Source: Candidatus Saccharimonadales bacterium (GTDB lineage Bacteria > Patescibacteriota > Microgenomatia > Woykebacterales > RBG-16-39-9b). From it: DNA of 64,000 nucleotides. This document shows positions 53,629-63,995 of this stretch, piece by piece (position 1 is the stretch's first letter; each line of letters begins with the position of its first letter). The position numbers and the translations under genes are program-made. The stretch lies in assembly GCA_035480955.1 (NCBI GenBank), contig DATIHF010000006.1:11110-75109 (forward strand), written 5' to 3'. The notes beneath the pieces were generated by a model. It did not search any database. It worked only from the letters and a program-made list of their open reading frames with translations, and was not told the origin of the DNA.

Positions 53629-55344
53629 CTATAAATTGATTTTTTCCAGACTAGCGTGTAGTTCTTCCAAATGATCCTTTTTCATCTCCCCTTCTCTGAT
53701 CGCTGAGAGTTTTTGGGCCGTTAGTAGATGAGCTACTTGATGACCAGACAATACTCGAGGAACGATAACGTAGTCAGCCCCGTGTCGGTAAAATTTTACG
53801 GCCCACTCCCTCTCCGCCGCCGTCACAAAAACGATTGGTTTGCTGCCTGAATCCTTTAAATTATGTAACAATTCCTCTGTATCGTCTGGGTCAAAAATAG
53901 TCGAAATAATCAACACTGCCTTTTCAATATTTGCTTCCTCCCAAATCTCCGGATCAGTGACATCGCCAAAAAGAAAATCAACCTGCGCTTCTTTCAATGA
54001 ATTGATAATCGTTGGATTGAAATCCACGACCAAAACTTTTTTTCCTTGTTTTTTTAGCTGCTTTAAAACTTCCCAACCCAAGCGATCGCAACCAATTAAA
54101 ACCACATGGTCTTCTAACTCTGTTTTAACATTTTTCTCGGCAAAGACTTCTTTCACTTCGACAAATCTCAAATATTTCTCTACCGAACGATAAATTTTGG
54201 TTGCATAAACTAGAAGGTAGGACGAGACACCGAAAGTGATTAGTGCTGTTAGTGTTAGCACTGAAACGGTCTCACTCGAAACGACGTGCTGTTTGTAAGC
54301 AAGAAATAAAATTATCAAAGAAAACTCGGAGATCTGAGCGAGAGACACCCCGCTTAAAAAAGCGGTTCGCCGCTTAAAACCTAGCCGAGCAAGGCTAACT
54401 AAAACAATCAGGGGCTTGATCATTAGCACAAAAGCCGACAAAAGTAAGGCTTCGAACAAAATCTTAAACTGAAAGGTGACGACGATTTGACTACCCAAAA
54501 TTATAAAGAAAATAACTATGAAAAAGTCCCGCAAGGGACGTACTCGAGCGGCAATTTGATGCTCCTGCTTCAAAGACGCTAATCCTAGACCTGCTAGAAA
54601 AGCACCAATTTCTAAAGAAAAGTTTAATTTCGCCGAGATCGCTGCGATCAAAAGAACCCAAGCAATACTTGTCAAAAAAAGCAGTTCTAGATTTACCGCT
54701 ACCCTCTCAAAAAGATAAGGCAAAACTTTTCGACTTAGTAAGTAAATCAGTGAAACTAAAATTGACCCAACAGCGATGGTTATGAAAAAACTACTGACAT
54801 TGAAATCCCCTTTTGAACCAAGAGCGGGAAGCAAAATCAAGAGAATAATTGCGGCCAAATCCTGTAGGAGAAGTATTGCAACGGTTAATTTGCCATAGAG
54901 AGAGTCGAGATCTCTTTTTTCCGAAAGTATTTTGACAACAATAACTGTGCTAGAGAAAGCTAGTGCCGCTGCAATATAAAAACTCGCCAAAGCCGAAAAA
55001 CCCAAAAGTATTGCCAGGAAATAGCCCACAAAAGCGGTGCCAAAAATCTGTAAAAACCCAGCGATGAGTGCTTTGCCGCTAAATTCTTTAAACTCACTGG
55101 TTTTTATTTCCAAACCAACCAAAAAGAGCAAAAAGCTCAGACCCAGGTCTCGCATCAGAGCAAAGGAAGTGTCAGCGGAGCTTTTGAAAAGGAAAGGACC
55201 CAGTATCAGTCCGGTGAGGATATAGGCAATAATCAATGGGAGTCGAAAGAAAGTCGCCCAGGCTCCAAAGAAGGCTGCTAAGGCAATGACAATTCCCAGA
55301 GCTAAAAGTGCATCGGCAGGGTTCATAGTAATATTATAACTCAA
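53629..55344 (-). CDS. CPA2-family cation:proton antiporter with C-terminal TrkA-N (RCK) domain (Kef-type)
   Basis: 12-13 TM Na+/H+ exchanger core. HVVLIGCDRLGWEVLKQLKKQGKKVLVVD Rossmann fold. Confidence 0.85.
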   Translation of the reverse strand: MSYNITMNPADALLALGIVIALAAFFGAWATFFRLPLIIAYILTGLILGPFLFKSSADTSFALMRDLGLSFLLFLVGLEIKTSEFKEFSGKALIAGFLQIFGTAFVGYFLAILLGFSALASFYIAAALAFSSTVIVVKILSEKRDLDSLYGKLTVAILLLQDLAAIILLILLPALGSKGDFNVSSFFITIAVGSILVSLIYLLSRKVLPYLFERVAVNLELLFLTSIAWVLLIAAISAKLNFSLEIGAFLAGLGLASLKQEHQIAARVRPLRDFFIVIFFIILGSQIVVTFQFKILFEALLLSAFVLMIKPLIVLVSLARLGFKRRTAFLSGVSLAQISEFSLIILFLAYKQHVVSSETVSVLTLTALITFGVSSYLLVYATKIYRSVEKYLRFVEVKEVFAEKNVKTELEDHVVLIGCDRLGWEVLKQLKKQGKKVLVVDFNPTIINSLKEAQVDFLFGDVTDPEIWEEANIEKAVLIISTIFDPDDTEELLHNLKDSGSKPIVFVTAAEREWAVKFYRHGADYVIVPRVLSGHQVAHLLTAQKLSAIREGEMKKDHLEELHASLEKINL

Positions 55345-56226
55345 TTAGAGCTTCGCCAATACTTTTTTCAGCTCATCGGGCAAATTTGAGGTAAATTTAA
55401 GTTTTTTCTTGCTCGTTGGCTGGACAAAGGCAAGCTCTCCAGCATGAAGAAATTGCCTGGAAAGAAGCATTTTTCCTCCGTAAAGTTTATCCCCGACTAT
55501 TGGATGTCCCAAATGGGAGAGATGGACTCGGATTTGGTGGGTCCGGCCAGTCTTCGGGGTTAGCTCAACTAGTGTAAAATTGGAAAAACGCTCGACGACC
55601 TTATAGTCGGTTACGGCTTCTTTGCCACTCTCACCTACAATAAATTTCTGCTTAAATTTAGGGTGTCTTTGTATACTTCCCTTTATTTCCCCTTTTTCCT
55701 TCTCCACTCTTCCGCCTACCAAGGCAAGATATTTTTTCTCGACAACCCTTTTTTTAAACTGCTCTTTCAGAGCTTCAAGTGAATCTTGATTCTTTGCAAC
55801 CACTAGCAAACCTGAAGTGTTTTTATCAAGACGGTGGACGATCCCTGGGCGGTTTGACTCTTGATCAAAAGAACCCAAATGAGAAAGCAGTGCGTTCACG
55901 ACTGTACCACTAGGATGGTCAAGTGTTGGGTGAGTCACGAGGCCGGCTGGTTTATCTATTACTAACAAATCTTTGTCTTCATAAACAAAGTCCAGTGGGA
56001 TATTTTCCGCTTTCAAAGAAACTTCTTTCTCGACTGGTATCTCAACGACTATTTTGTCACCCTTCCTGACTTTATAGGAAGGCTCTAAGGAAGCTTCATT
56101 AACTCGAATAAAGCCTTCCTTGATCAATTTATTGGCTTTGGAACGGGAAAGAACTTTGATTTGGGAGGAAACAAACTGGTCCAGACGATCCAATTTTGGT
56201 TTGACGGAAACTTTGAGAACTTGCAT
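55345..56226 (-). CDS. rluD: RluA-family 23S rRNA pseudouridine synthase with S4 domain (RluD-like)
   Basis: S4 N-terminus. HRLDKNTSGLLVVAKN catalytic motif. Confidence 0.8.
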   Translation of the reverse strand: MQVLKVSVKPKLDRLDQFVSSQIKVLSRSKANKLIKEGFIRVNEASLEPSYKVRKGDKIVVEIPVEKEVSLKAENIPLDFVYEDKDLLVIDKPAGLVTHPTLDHPSGTVVNALLSHLGSFDQESNRPGIVHRLDKNTSGLLVVAKNQDSLEALKEQFKKRVVEKKYLALVGGRVEKEKGEIKGSIQRHPKFKQKFIVGESGKEAVTDYKVVERFSNFTLVELTPKTGRTHQIRVHLSHLGHPIVGDKLYGGKMLLSRQFLHAGELAFVQPTSKKKLKFTSNLPDELKKVLAKL

Positions 56227-56624
56227 CAGCTGTTGCCGGCAGAGAGAGTACTTTTATTGAGGAACACTTTGACTTCAGAGAGGACTTGATCTGGATTCAT
56301 GGCGCTTTTTATGAGGTAGCCGCTTGCTCCTAAGGCAAAACCTTCTTTGATGATTGAATCTTGTCCTAAGTTGGTCAAGAGAACTACCGGCCCATTTTTT
56401 TGCTTGGGAGGTTTATTTTTCAGGTTACGCAAGATTTCCAAACCATCCATCTTGGGAAGCATAATATCCAGAAGAACTAGCTCGTAGCCTCCTTCAGTCA
56501 TTTTGTTGAGACCCTCTTCTCCATCAACTGCGAGTGAAACATCATAATTTTCCCCTTTGAGGAGCTCGTCATAAAGCTCTCGGAGAAATTCATCATCTTC
56601 AACTACTAAAATTCTCTGTGCCAT
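56226..56624 (-). CDS. stand-alone response-regulator receiver (CheY-like), paralog of 11061..11471
   Basis: ILVVEDD...LVLLDIMLPKMDGLEILRNLK...VLLTNLGQDSIIK. Confidence 0.8.
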   Translation of the reverse strand: MAQRILVVEDDEFLRELYDELLKGENYDVSLAVDGEEGLNKMTEGGYELVLLDIMLPKMDGLEILRNLKNKPPKQKNGPVVLLTNLGQDSIIKEGFALGASGYLIKSAMNPDQVLSEVKVFLNKSTLSAGNS

Positions 56625-56710
56625 AATTGTTTCAGAGCAATTATATCGAGCGCATACAATCTCATTATCTTATCTAAATTACCTTAAGCTCGATATAGAC
56701 TTTATATGTA

Positions 56711-57052
56711 TTATCCCCTTTTAACTTTCTTTTGACAAGACAAACACAGGCTCGCGGTGGGCATAATTTTCAGTCTTTCTTCCTCGATCTTGTCACCAGA
56801 GGACAAGCAAATACCATAAGTCCCCGCTTCGATTCGTTTTAGGGCTCTTTCCACGTCAATCAACTCTTTTTTGAGCTCTTCGGCGGTAGCGAAAATCCGA
56901 TCGTGCTCCTCGATCTCGGTAATTGTGTCATCCAAAACAGCGGTTTCACGGTCGGTCTTTGCGTAGGGATCTTCTTTTTTTAAATAGATGATCTGCTTGC
57001 TAAGTTTTTCTTTTTGTTCAACTAATATCTTTTCAAAAATCTCGGTATTCAT
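56711..57052 (-). CDS. DksA/TraR-family C4 zinc-finger protein
   Basis: Coiled-coil N-terminus. C-x2-C...C-x2-C (CLSSGDKI...CLSCQKK). Confidence 0.7.
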   Translation of the reverse strand: MNTEIFEKILVEQKEKLSKQIIYLKKEDPYAKTDRETAVLDDTITEIEEHDRIFATAEELKKELIDVERALKRIEAGTYGICLSSGDKIEEERLKIMPTASLCLSCQKKVKRG

Positions 57053-57869
57053 TGTTTCTCCTTTTGCGAAAACGTCCTAAACCAAAACCATATTTTCCTG
57101 CCTTGGCGCGATCCGCACTAAAGTCTCTAAATTGGTAAAAGTATAAAGAAAATCCCGCTAAAACTGCAAGCAAGAAGCTTGCGATATTTCCCAGTTTTAC
57201 GCCTAAAAGATAGGTCGAGTCTCCCCGGAAAAATTCAAAAATAAACCTTCCGACACTGCTCCAGAACAGAAAGTAAAGAAAAGTCTCCCCGGCTCTGTAA
57301 GTTGAAGGCTCTTTGAGTCGTTTTTTGTAAAAGCGGTAGAGAACTATAAAAAGAATTAGAGTAAAAAGAGCTTCATAAAGCTGTACTGGGTGTCTTTTCC
57401 CCTCCAGATTAACCAGGACGACTCCCCAGGGTAGTCGGGTCAGGCTACCATAATCATTGCCCGCCAGGAAACTTCCGATTTTAGCTAAAATTGTTGCGGC
57501 CATGATCGCGAGGGCTCCAATGTCGGCAATTGCCAAAATACTCCAGCGCCATCTCCGTAATAAAAATATACTCACCAAGGCAACCGCGATCGCACTCCCG
57601 TAAAAAGCAAAGCCGCCCTCCCAAAAATAAAGAATTGTGCGCAAATCAGAGGCAAAAAGATGGAAATTTATGATTGCGTAGTAAATCCTTCCGCCGATTA
57701 CCGCTGCAAGTAAATTGGCAATTGAGAAATCCATCAATTTTTCTTCTTGAAAACCTTGTTTTTTCCCTTCGCGCCAGATTATGTAAGTTGCCGCGGCAAA
57801 AGCTAGGGCAAGGAAGAAACCATAAGAATAGGCAGTAATTGGTCCGACTTTGAAAAGAATTGGATACAT
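57033..57869 (-). CDS. lgt: prolipoprotein diacylglyceryl transferase
   Basis: Lgt signature region, 7 TM, about 278 aa. Confidence 0.8.
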   Translation of the reverse strand: MYPILFKVGPITAYSYGFFLALAFAAATYIIWREGKKQGFQEEKLMDFSIANLLAAVIGGRIYYAIINFHLFASDLRTILYFWEGGFAFYGSAIAVALVSIFLLRRWRWSILAIADIGALAIMAATILAKIGSFLAGNDYGSLTRLPWGVVLVNLEGKRHPVQLYEALFTLILFIVLYRFYKKRLKEPSTYRAGETFLYFLFWSSVGRFIFEFFRGDSTYLLGVKLGNIASFLLAVLAGFSLYFYQFRDFSADRAKAGKYGFGLGRFRKRRNNEYRDF

Positions 57870-57899
57870 GACTAGTAATCTATTATAACAAGAAACCTT

Positions 57900-59120
57900 C
57901 TAGAAACTTTTGGCTCTTCTGGGTCTGAGACGGTAAATCCCAAAAGTAAAAACCACCAAACCAAGCGTCAAAAGCACACTTCTGACTCCAAACAAATCCC
58001 CGATTGCTCCAGAAAGCAGAACTGGTAGAGCGGCCACCCCACTGATAAATGTAGACAAGAGCCCATAAGCTCTCCCCCGCAAACCCTCGGGGGTATTTTT
58101 TTGGAAACTTGTCGTCACTGGGATTGTGACCAGGGCATTGCCGATCCCCAGAACAAAAATTAAAAACAAAGAAGTAATTTGTAAAACTCGCCCGACACTG
58201 CCCCGATCCAAAAATGCTAGTAGCAAAAAAGTCACTCCTAATCCTAGCAGTCCAGTGTTGATCAGACTTCTCTCGGTGAAACGCTCACCGAAATTACTAA
58301 GAAAAAACGAACCTACGACCATACCCACCACTGCCGGAGCTATGACGACTGCGGAAGCGTAACGCACGTCTAAATTTAGAATCTTATCGACATATCCTGG
58401 TCCAATTGTTGCTAAAATGAAAAAAATTGTCGTGGTCAGTGTCAGGAAAAATATTGAATCTCTGACTATTTTGTTTTTGAAAATAAAGATGATCCCTTCG
58501 AAAAAATTCTGCATCAGACTTGTGTGTGAAACTCTAGATTCTGACTGAATATTTTTCGGAAGTAGTAAATTTAAGACAAAAGAAAAAATAAATAAGAACA
58601 AAATCGCAAAGAGAGTGTAGTCTTCACCAACCAACTTTAAAGCAAATCCTCCTGCTAAAAACCCAATTATTAGAGAGAGCTGCAGAGTCAAAGAAAATAA
58701 GCTATTCGCCGAAATCAATTGTTTTTCTTCAACAATTGCGGGGATTGCGGAGCCTTCAGCGGGAACAAAAAAGGTAGTAGCAATAGCAAGTGCGACAACG
58801 GCGAGGAAAACAAAATAAGTTTGTCCTAGGAATAAAATCAAGAAAACTAGTACTACTGATCGGAGTAAATTAGTGAAAAGCAAAACCCTCTTGAGATTTA
58901 GCTGGTCAACATAAACTCCTGCTAAATAGCCAAAGATAATTGAAGGTAAGGTAAAGCAAAGAATTAAAATACTAACGGCAGTATTTTTCTTGGTAATTTC
59001 ATAAACTTTGAGGGTTAGAACAAAATAGAGTGCGTTTAGACCTATTTGTGAGGTAATTTGCGCAAACCAGAGGTATAGGAAATTTAAATTAGAAAAAACC
59101 TTGGGAAAGATTTTCTTAAT
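57900..59120 (-). CDS. MFS transporter (12-TM) with apparent ATT start codon
   Basis: The ORF-track TTG start at 58883 removes TM1-3. The in-frame upstream extension reads (ATT)KKIFPKVFSNLNFLYLWFAQITSQIGLNALYFVL... AAAGAGGAG sits 7 nt before the ATT at 59118-59120. The frame opens right after the pepA TAG stop, with no ATG/GTG/TTG upstream of 58883. Confidence 0.6.
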   Translation of the reverse strand: MKKIFPKVFSNLNFLYLWFAQITSQIGLNALYFVLTLKVYEITKKNTAVSILILCFTLPSIIFGYLAGVYVDQLNLKRVLLFTNLLRSVVLVFLILFLGQTYFVFLAVVALAIATTFFVPAEGSAIPAIVEEKQLISANSLFSLTLQLSLIIGFLAGGFALKLVGEDYTLFAILFLFIFSFVLNLLLPKNIQSESRVSHTSLMQNFFEGIIFIFKNKIVRDSIFFLTLTTTIFFILATIGPGYVDKILNLDVRYASAVVIAPAVVGMVVGSFFLSNFGERFTERSLINTGLLGLGVTFLLLAFLDRGSVGRVLQITSLFLIFVLGIGNALVTIPVTTSFQKNTPEGLRGRAYGLLSTFISGVAALPVLLSGAIGDLFGVRSVLLTLGLVVFTFGIYRLRPRRAKSF

Positions 59121-59147
59121 CGGTTGACTCCTCTTTAAATCAAATGA

Positions 59148-60572
59148 CTAAAGTTGGTCAATTAATTTTAGTAGAGTTTGGACCCCAACACCAGTAGGTC
59201 CTTTGGCGAGATAGGGTTTCTCACCTTCATTCCAGGCAGTGCCGGCAATATCAAGATGAGCCCAGGCGACTTTGTTATCGATAAATTCTTGCAAGAACAC
59301 TGCCCCCGCGATCACTCCTGCTCCTCTGCTGGGAGGAACATTGGCCAAATCGGCAACCTCGCTGCGTAAAAATTCTTTGTGTTCCGGGTAAAGGGGCAAT
59401 TGCCACATCCTTTCCCCCACTTCTTTACCGCTTTGGATCACTTGATCAATAAACTCTTGATTGTTTCCCAAAATTGCTGTGGCCTCATAACCAAGTGCAA
59501 CAATCGCCGCCCCAGTGAGAGTTGCCAGGTCAACGATCTTTTGCGCACCTTGTTTTTGGGCAAGCAGTAGCCCATCAGAGAGTACAACTCTGCCCTCAGC
59601 ATCGGTATTGATTACTTCAATGCTCTTACCGTTGCTTGCTTTGACAACATCACCAGGTTTGAGGGCGCCCCCGCCAGGAAGGTTTTCTGTAAGGGGGGTA
59701 ACTCCAACAACATTAATTTTGGGTTTTAAGATCCCAACAAGTTTCATGAAGCCAATTGTCGCGGCTGCACCGGCCATATCCATTTTCATATCGTGCATTT
59801 TTTCTGAAGGTTTTATTGAAATTCCCCCTGAATCAAAGGTGATTCCTTTACCCACTACTCCAAGAGTTGGAGCATCTTTGCCGTAAAGATACTTCAGGGA
59901 GACCATGTAGGAAGGTTCGTGACTTCCTTTGGCAATACCCAGAAAAGCCCCCATTCCCTCTCGAGCCGCCTGTTTTTCATCATAAACTTCGATTTTTAGT
60001 TTTTGTTCACGGGCGATCTTTTTCGCTTCCTCAACCAAATGAGATGGAGTCAAAAGATTGGCAGGTTGAGCAACTAAGGCTCTGACCCAGTTGGTTGTTT
60101 CTGCGGCACTCTGAGCTTTTTTAATTTCAGATGAGGAGAATTTCCCAATTATCATTAACTCTTCGAACTTTCCTGGCTTTTCTTTCCCGGTTTTGGCAAC
60201 TCCTGGATCAAATTCTCCCAAGACTACCCCTTCGATGATCAGACTTGGTTGAGAATAAATTTTTGCGTCAAATGCAATTTTTTTAACTTTATTTTTGAGT
60301 AAACGTCGCGCAGCGGCTCCGGCAACATTGCGCCCGATTCGCGCATCGAATTCACCTTTTTTACCAGCACCAACTAACAATATTTTCGGGGTTGAGGACC
60401 CAGCGGGAATGAGAAAAGTTTCGTAAAGTTTTCCACTAAAGTCGTTCTCTGTCAGATTTGCGGTAGTTTTGACGACATTTTGTAGAAAATTTTTATCTCC
60501 TTCAAAAATAGGGAAAACAAGGGCTTCGGTTTGAATTTCTTCAATTGGAGACTCTGTAGAGATAATCTTCAT
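59148..60572 (-). CDS. pepA: leucyl aminopeptidase (M17)
   Basis: NTDAEGRVVLSDGL signature and metal ligands. Confidence 0.9.
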   Translation of the reverse strand: MKIISTESPIEEIQTEALVFPIFEGDKNFLQNVVKTTANLTENDFSGKLYETFLIPAGSSTPKILLVGAGKKGEFDARIGRNVAGAAARRLLKNKVKKIAFDAKIYSQPSLIIEGVVLGEFDPGVAKTGKEKPGKFEELMIIGKFSSSEIKKAQSAAETTNWVRALVAQPANLLTPSHLVEEAKKIAREQKLKIEVYDEKQAAREGMGAFLGIAKGSHEPSYMVSLKYLYGKDAPTLGVVGKGITFDSGGISIKPSEKMHDMKMDMAGAAATIGFMKLVGILKPKINVVGVTPLTENLPGGGALKPGDVVKASNGKSIEVINTDAEGRVVLSDGLLLAQKQGAQKIVDLATLTGAAIVALGYEATAILGNNQEFIDQVIQSGKEVGERMWQLPLYPEHKEFLRSEVADLANVPPSRGAGVIAGAVFLQEFIDNKVAWAHLDIAGTAWNEGEKPYLAKGPTGVGVQTLLKLIDQL

Positions 60573-60688
60573 TGCAGGAGGAATTTTAACAAACTAATCC
60601 TTATTTGACAATCTTTTTTCTAAATTTTATTGCTTTTTTATTACAAATCTCTAAAGTAATTTTCGACTAAAAATTTTACTGTTAAGTC

Positions 60689-62920
60689 ATGGATTCTTAC
60701 TACTATTTATCTAGAAAATTAAATCGAGAAAAATTCTTTAAAAAAAGCAAATTTAATTTTAAATCTTTTGTGAAAATAGTTGGGATTTGTTTGATTTTTT
60801 TGGTCTTTCTTTCTGTAGTTACTTTGTCAATTTTTAGCACTGGTGTACTAGCAGAATATCAAAATTATTTTTCCGAACCTAAGATGCTCTCCTATAATGT
60901 GAACAATTTAACAATTTTTGATCGCAATGGAGATGTGCTTTACCGAACTCCAGGACGCTACAATACCCAACTAATCCCTTTGAAGGATATCTCCCCCAAT
61001 TTAGTTAAAGCAACTCTCGCAACTGAAGATAAAGATTTCTACAAACATAACGGTTTTTCCATAAAATCCATTGCCAGAGCCCTACTCACCGATGTCAAAA
61101 ATCAAGATCTCTATAAACAAGGTGGTTCAACTATCACCCAACAGCTTTCCCGAACTTTCTTTTTAAACAACGACAAATCTCTCGTCCGCAAAGTTAAAGA
61201 GCTGGTCTTGGCAACCGAGATTGAAAGAAGATATTCAAAGAACCAGATTTTGGATTTTTATTTAAACAATGTTTACTACGGCTCAGGAGCTTATGGGGCA
61301 CCGGAAGCTTCGAGAGTTTATTTCAACAAAGATGTCAAAGATCTCACCCTCTCAGAAAGCAGTCTCCTCGCAGCTCTCCCCTCTGCACCAACAGAGCTTT
61401 CCTTGATCAGTGGCGATAAGGAAAGGGCCTTTCAGAGACAGGCGTATATTTTAAATACCTTAGCTAAAAAAGGAGACTATTCTCCCAAAGAAATCGAAAC
61501 TGCTAAAGTAGAAAAACCGACTATCAATACAGCTGAACCAGTTTATGCTGACGCTCCTCATTTTTCGGTAATGGTCAAAAACCAACTGAAAGCCCTGTTT
61601 CCAAATATTGATATTAATAATTCTGGTTTGAGAGTTTACACAACGATTGATAAAAAACTCCAAAACAAAGCGGAAGATTTGGTAAAAGAAAGGGTCAAAG
61701 CCCTCGCTGGAAAAAATGTCACCAATGGTGCTTTTCTATCCACCAACCCCCAAACTGGTGAAATTTTGGCTCTGGTGGGTTCAGTTGATTTTTCTCAACC
61801 GCAATGGGGCAGCGTCAACGTCCTCACCTCTCCCCGCTCTCCTGGTAGTTCAATCAAGCCCTTGGTTTATGCTAGCGCGATCGACTCAAAAGCAATTGCA
61901 ACTACCACAGTTTTACACGACGAAAAGACTACTTACAAAAATGAGTGGGAGACCTACACTCCAGTGGACTCTGATGGAAAAACTAGAGGAATAGTATCTC
62001 CGCGGATTGCCCTTGCCAATTCCCTAAACATACCAGCGGTTGAAGTAATTTCGAAAAATGGCTTAGCCAGGACTCTACAGACTGTTAATCATCTGGGAGT
62101 CACTGGTTTGAAACAACCGACTGATTACGGTCTCTCTTTTGTCCTCGGTGGTGAAGAAGTCAAAGGCCTCGATATGGCTGCTAGCTACGCTGTTTTTGCC
62201 AACGGAGGCAACCTGATCAAACCTTGGGGTATCAAAGAAGTCAAAGATCGCTTTGGCAAAGAGCTCTGGTCACAAAAGGTTGAAAAAACCCAAGTCTTAA
62301 ATCCCCAAATTAGCTATATCATCACTAATATCCTTTCGGATAACAAAGCTAGAGAGTTACTTTTTGGCCCACATAATCCTTTGGATATCGGTCGAGCGGC
62401 GGCAGTAAAAACCGGCACTGGGGAAGATTTCAAAAATGCTTGGACGATCGGCTACACACCCAGCCTACTGGCTTTGGTTTGGGTGGGTAACAACGATGGC
62501 TCTCCAATGAAAGACATTTGGGGGTTAGAATCAGCGGCCTTAATTTGGAATCGTTTTATGACTTACTCTCTGTCGGGGACCAAAGTTGAGCAATTTGACC
62601 CACCCTCTGGTCTGCAACAGATTTCTGTCTGTGCACTAGACGGGAGCAAGGCGGTTTCTGGACAACCCACTTTGAAAGAAATATCACTTTCTGGGGAAGA
62701 ACCGACTGACTACGGAAAGTGTGGATTTATGAAAATGCAACAAGATGAACAAATCGCCAAAGCCGAGGCCGAAAAACAACAGCAACTCTTGCAATTACAG
62801 GAAAACCAACCGTCAGAACCTTTACCTCCAGATCAAAATAGCCCAGGGACCGGTAACAGCTTACCTTCAGACGGTCAGGATAGTGGTCCAGGAGTGGGTA
62901 CAGATAAACCTAAACAATGA
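60689..62920 (+). CDS. class A penicillin-binding protein (bifunctional glycosyltransferase/transpeptidase, PBP1A-type)
   Basis: GT51 motifs EDKDFYKHNGFS and GGSTITQQL. Transpeptidase SSIKP (SxxK) and KTGTGED (KTG). N-terminal TM. Confidence 0.9.
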   Translation: MDSYYYLSRKLNREKFFKKSKFNFKSFVKIVGICLIFLVFLSVVTLSIFSTGVLAEYQNYFSEPKMLSYNVNNLTIFDRNGDVLYRTPGRYNTQLIPLKDISPNLVKATLATEDKDFYKHNGFSIKSIARALLTDVKNQDLYKQGGSTITQQLSRTFFLNNDKSLVRKVKELVLATEIERRYSKNQILDFYLNNVYYGSGAYGAPEASRVYFNKDVKDLTLSESSLLAALPSAPTELSLISGDKERAFQRQAYILNTLAKKGDYSPKEIETAKVEKPTINTAEPVYADAPHFSVMVKNQLKALFPNIDINNSGLRVYTTIDKKLQNKAEDLVKERVKALAGKNVTNGAFLSTNPQTGEILALVGSVDFSQPQWGSVNVLTSPRSPGSSIKPLVYASAIDSKAIATTTVLHDEKTTYKNEWETYTPVDSDGKTRGIVSPRIALANSLNIPAVEVISKNGLARTLQTVNHLGVTGLKQPTDYGLSFVLGGEEVKGLDMAASYAVFANGGNLIKPWGIKEVKDRFGKELWSQKVEKTQVLNPQISYIITNILSDNKARELLFGPHNPLDIGRAAAVKTGTGEDFKNAWTIGYTPSLLALVWVGNNDGSPMKDIWGLESAALIWNRFMTYSLSGTKVEQFDPPSGLQQISVCALDGSKAVSGQPTLKEISLSGEEPTDYGKCGFMKMQQDEQIAKAEAEKQQQLLQLQENQPSEPLPPDQNSPGTGNSLPSDGQDSGPGVGTDKPKQ

Positions 62921-63995
62921 CTTGCTTAATTTCTTTAGGAGCCTTAGTCAGTACTACTGGCCCCTCTTTTGTGACTAAAACCATATCCTCGATCCTCACT
63001 CCGCCCCAAAGAGGTTCATAAATTCCCGGCTCAACTGTAATAACATTTCCCTCTTCCAATTTTTCTTTTGTTCTGAAGTTGACCATGGGTAGTTCGTGAA
63101 CCGCTAGTCCAACTCCGTGTCCAACACTGTGGCCAAAAGCAAATTTGGAGTTTTCGTTTAGAAAAGTCCTAGCCGCTAGATCAACATTTTTATTTGCGTT
63201 GCCGACTTTTACTTGCTCAATACCTTTTTTTTGTGCTTCCAAAACAAGATTGTAAACTTCTGCTTGTTTTTTGCTTGGCGAACCAAGAAAAACAACCCGA
63301 GAAATATCTGAGCAGTAACCTTGGTAAACGCCTCCCCAATCAAGCAAAATTTGATCGCCTTTTTTTAACTTTCTTTCCCCTGCCGAGTAGTGAACTTTTG
63401 AAGAGTTTGGGCCTGAAGCAACGATAAAAGGATCCCAAGCGTTTTTCTCTGCACCCAAATCTTTCATAAACTTTTCCAATTCCACAGCAATTTCTTTTTC
63501 AGTTTGGCCTACTTTGATATTTTTTAAAATGTGCTTGAAAGCTTGGTCAGAAATAAAAGCTGCCTTTTGCAATAATCTTATTTCATTAGAATCTTTTTTG
63601 GCTCTTAGTTTTTCAATTAAATTTGTAGTTGAAACAAGCTTTTTTGCACTAGAGTGTTTCTTGAAATTTTTAAATTGGGCAACTGAAAGATCCTCTCCTT
63701 CAAAACCAATCCGGCTCCCCTCTACTTCGGTAAAGAGTTTCTCCCAGAAATTTTCATCACGACCAATCTCTCGCATTTGAAAATGTGGGACTTTTTCGAG
63801 TGCTTCTTCGGTGTAGCGACTATCAGTAATCAAAAATGCTTTTTTTTGGGTAATCAATAAATAGCCTGATTCGCTGTCCGCTGCCCAACCAGTTAGGTAG
63901 TGACGGTTTATAGTAGAAGACACCAACACTGCGTCTAGCTTCTTAATTTCTAGCTTTTCGCGAAGTAGTTTGAGACGATTAGTTGAGCGTTGCAT
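62910..63995 (-). CDS. M24B Xaa-Pro aminopeptidase/dipeptidase
   Basis: Creatinase-N-like N-terminus. HSVGHGVGLAVHE and later Glu ligands of the pita-bread fold. Confidence 0.85.
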   Translation of the reverse strand: MQRSTNRLKLLREKLEIKKLDAVLVSSTINRHYLTGWAADSESGYLLITQKKAFLITDSRYTEEALEKVPHFQMREIGRDENFWEKLFTEVEGSRIGFEGEDLSVAQFKNFKKHSSAKKLVSTTNLIEKLRAKKDSNEIRLLQKAAFISDQAFKHILKNIKVGQTEKEIAVELEKFMKDLGAEKNAWDPFIVASGPNSSKVHYSAGERKLKKGDQILLDWGGVYQGYCSDISRVVFLGSPSKKQAEVYNLVLEAQKKGIEQVKVGNANKNVDLAARTFLNENSKFAFGHSVGHGVGLAVHELPMVNFRTKEKLEEGNVITVEPGIYEPLWGGVRIEDMVLVTKEGPVVLTKAPKEIKQVIV

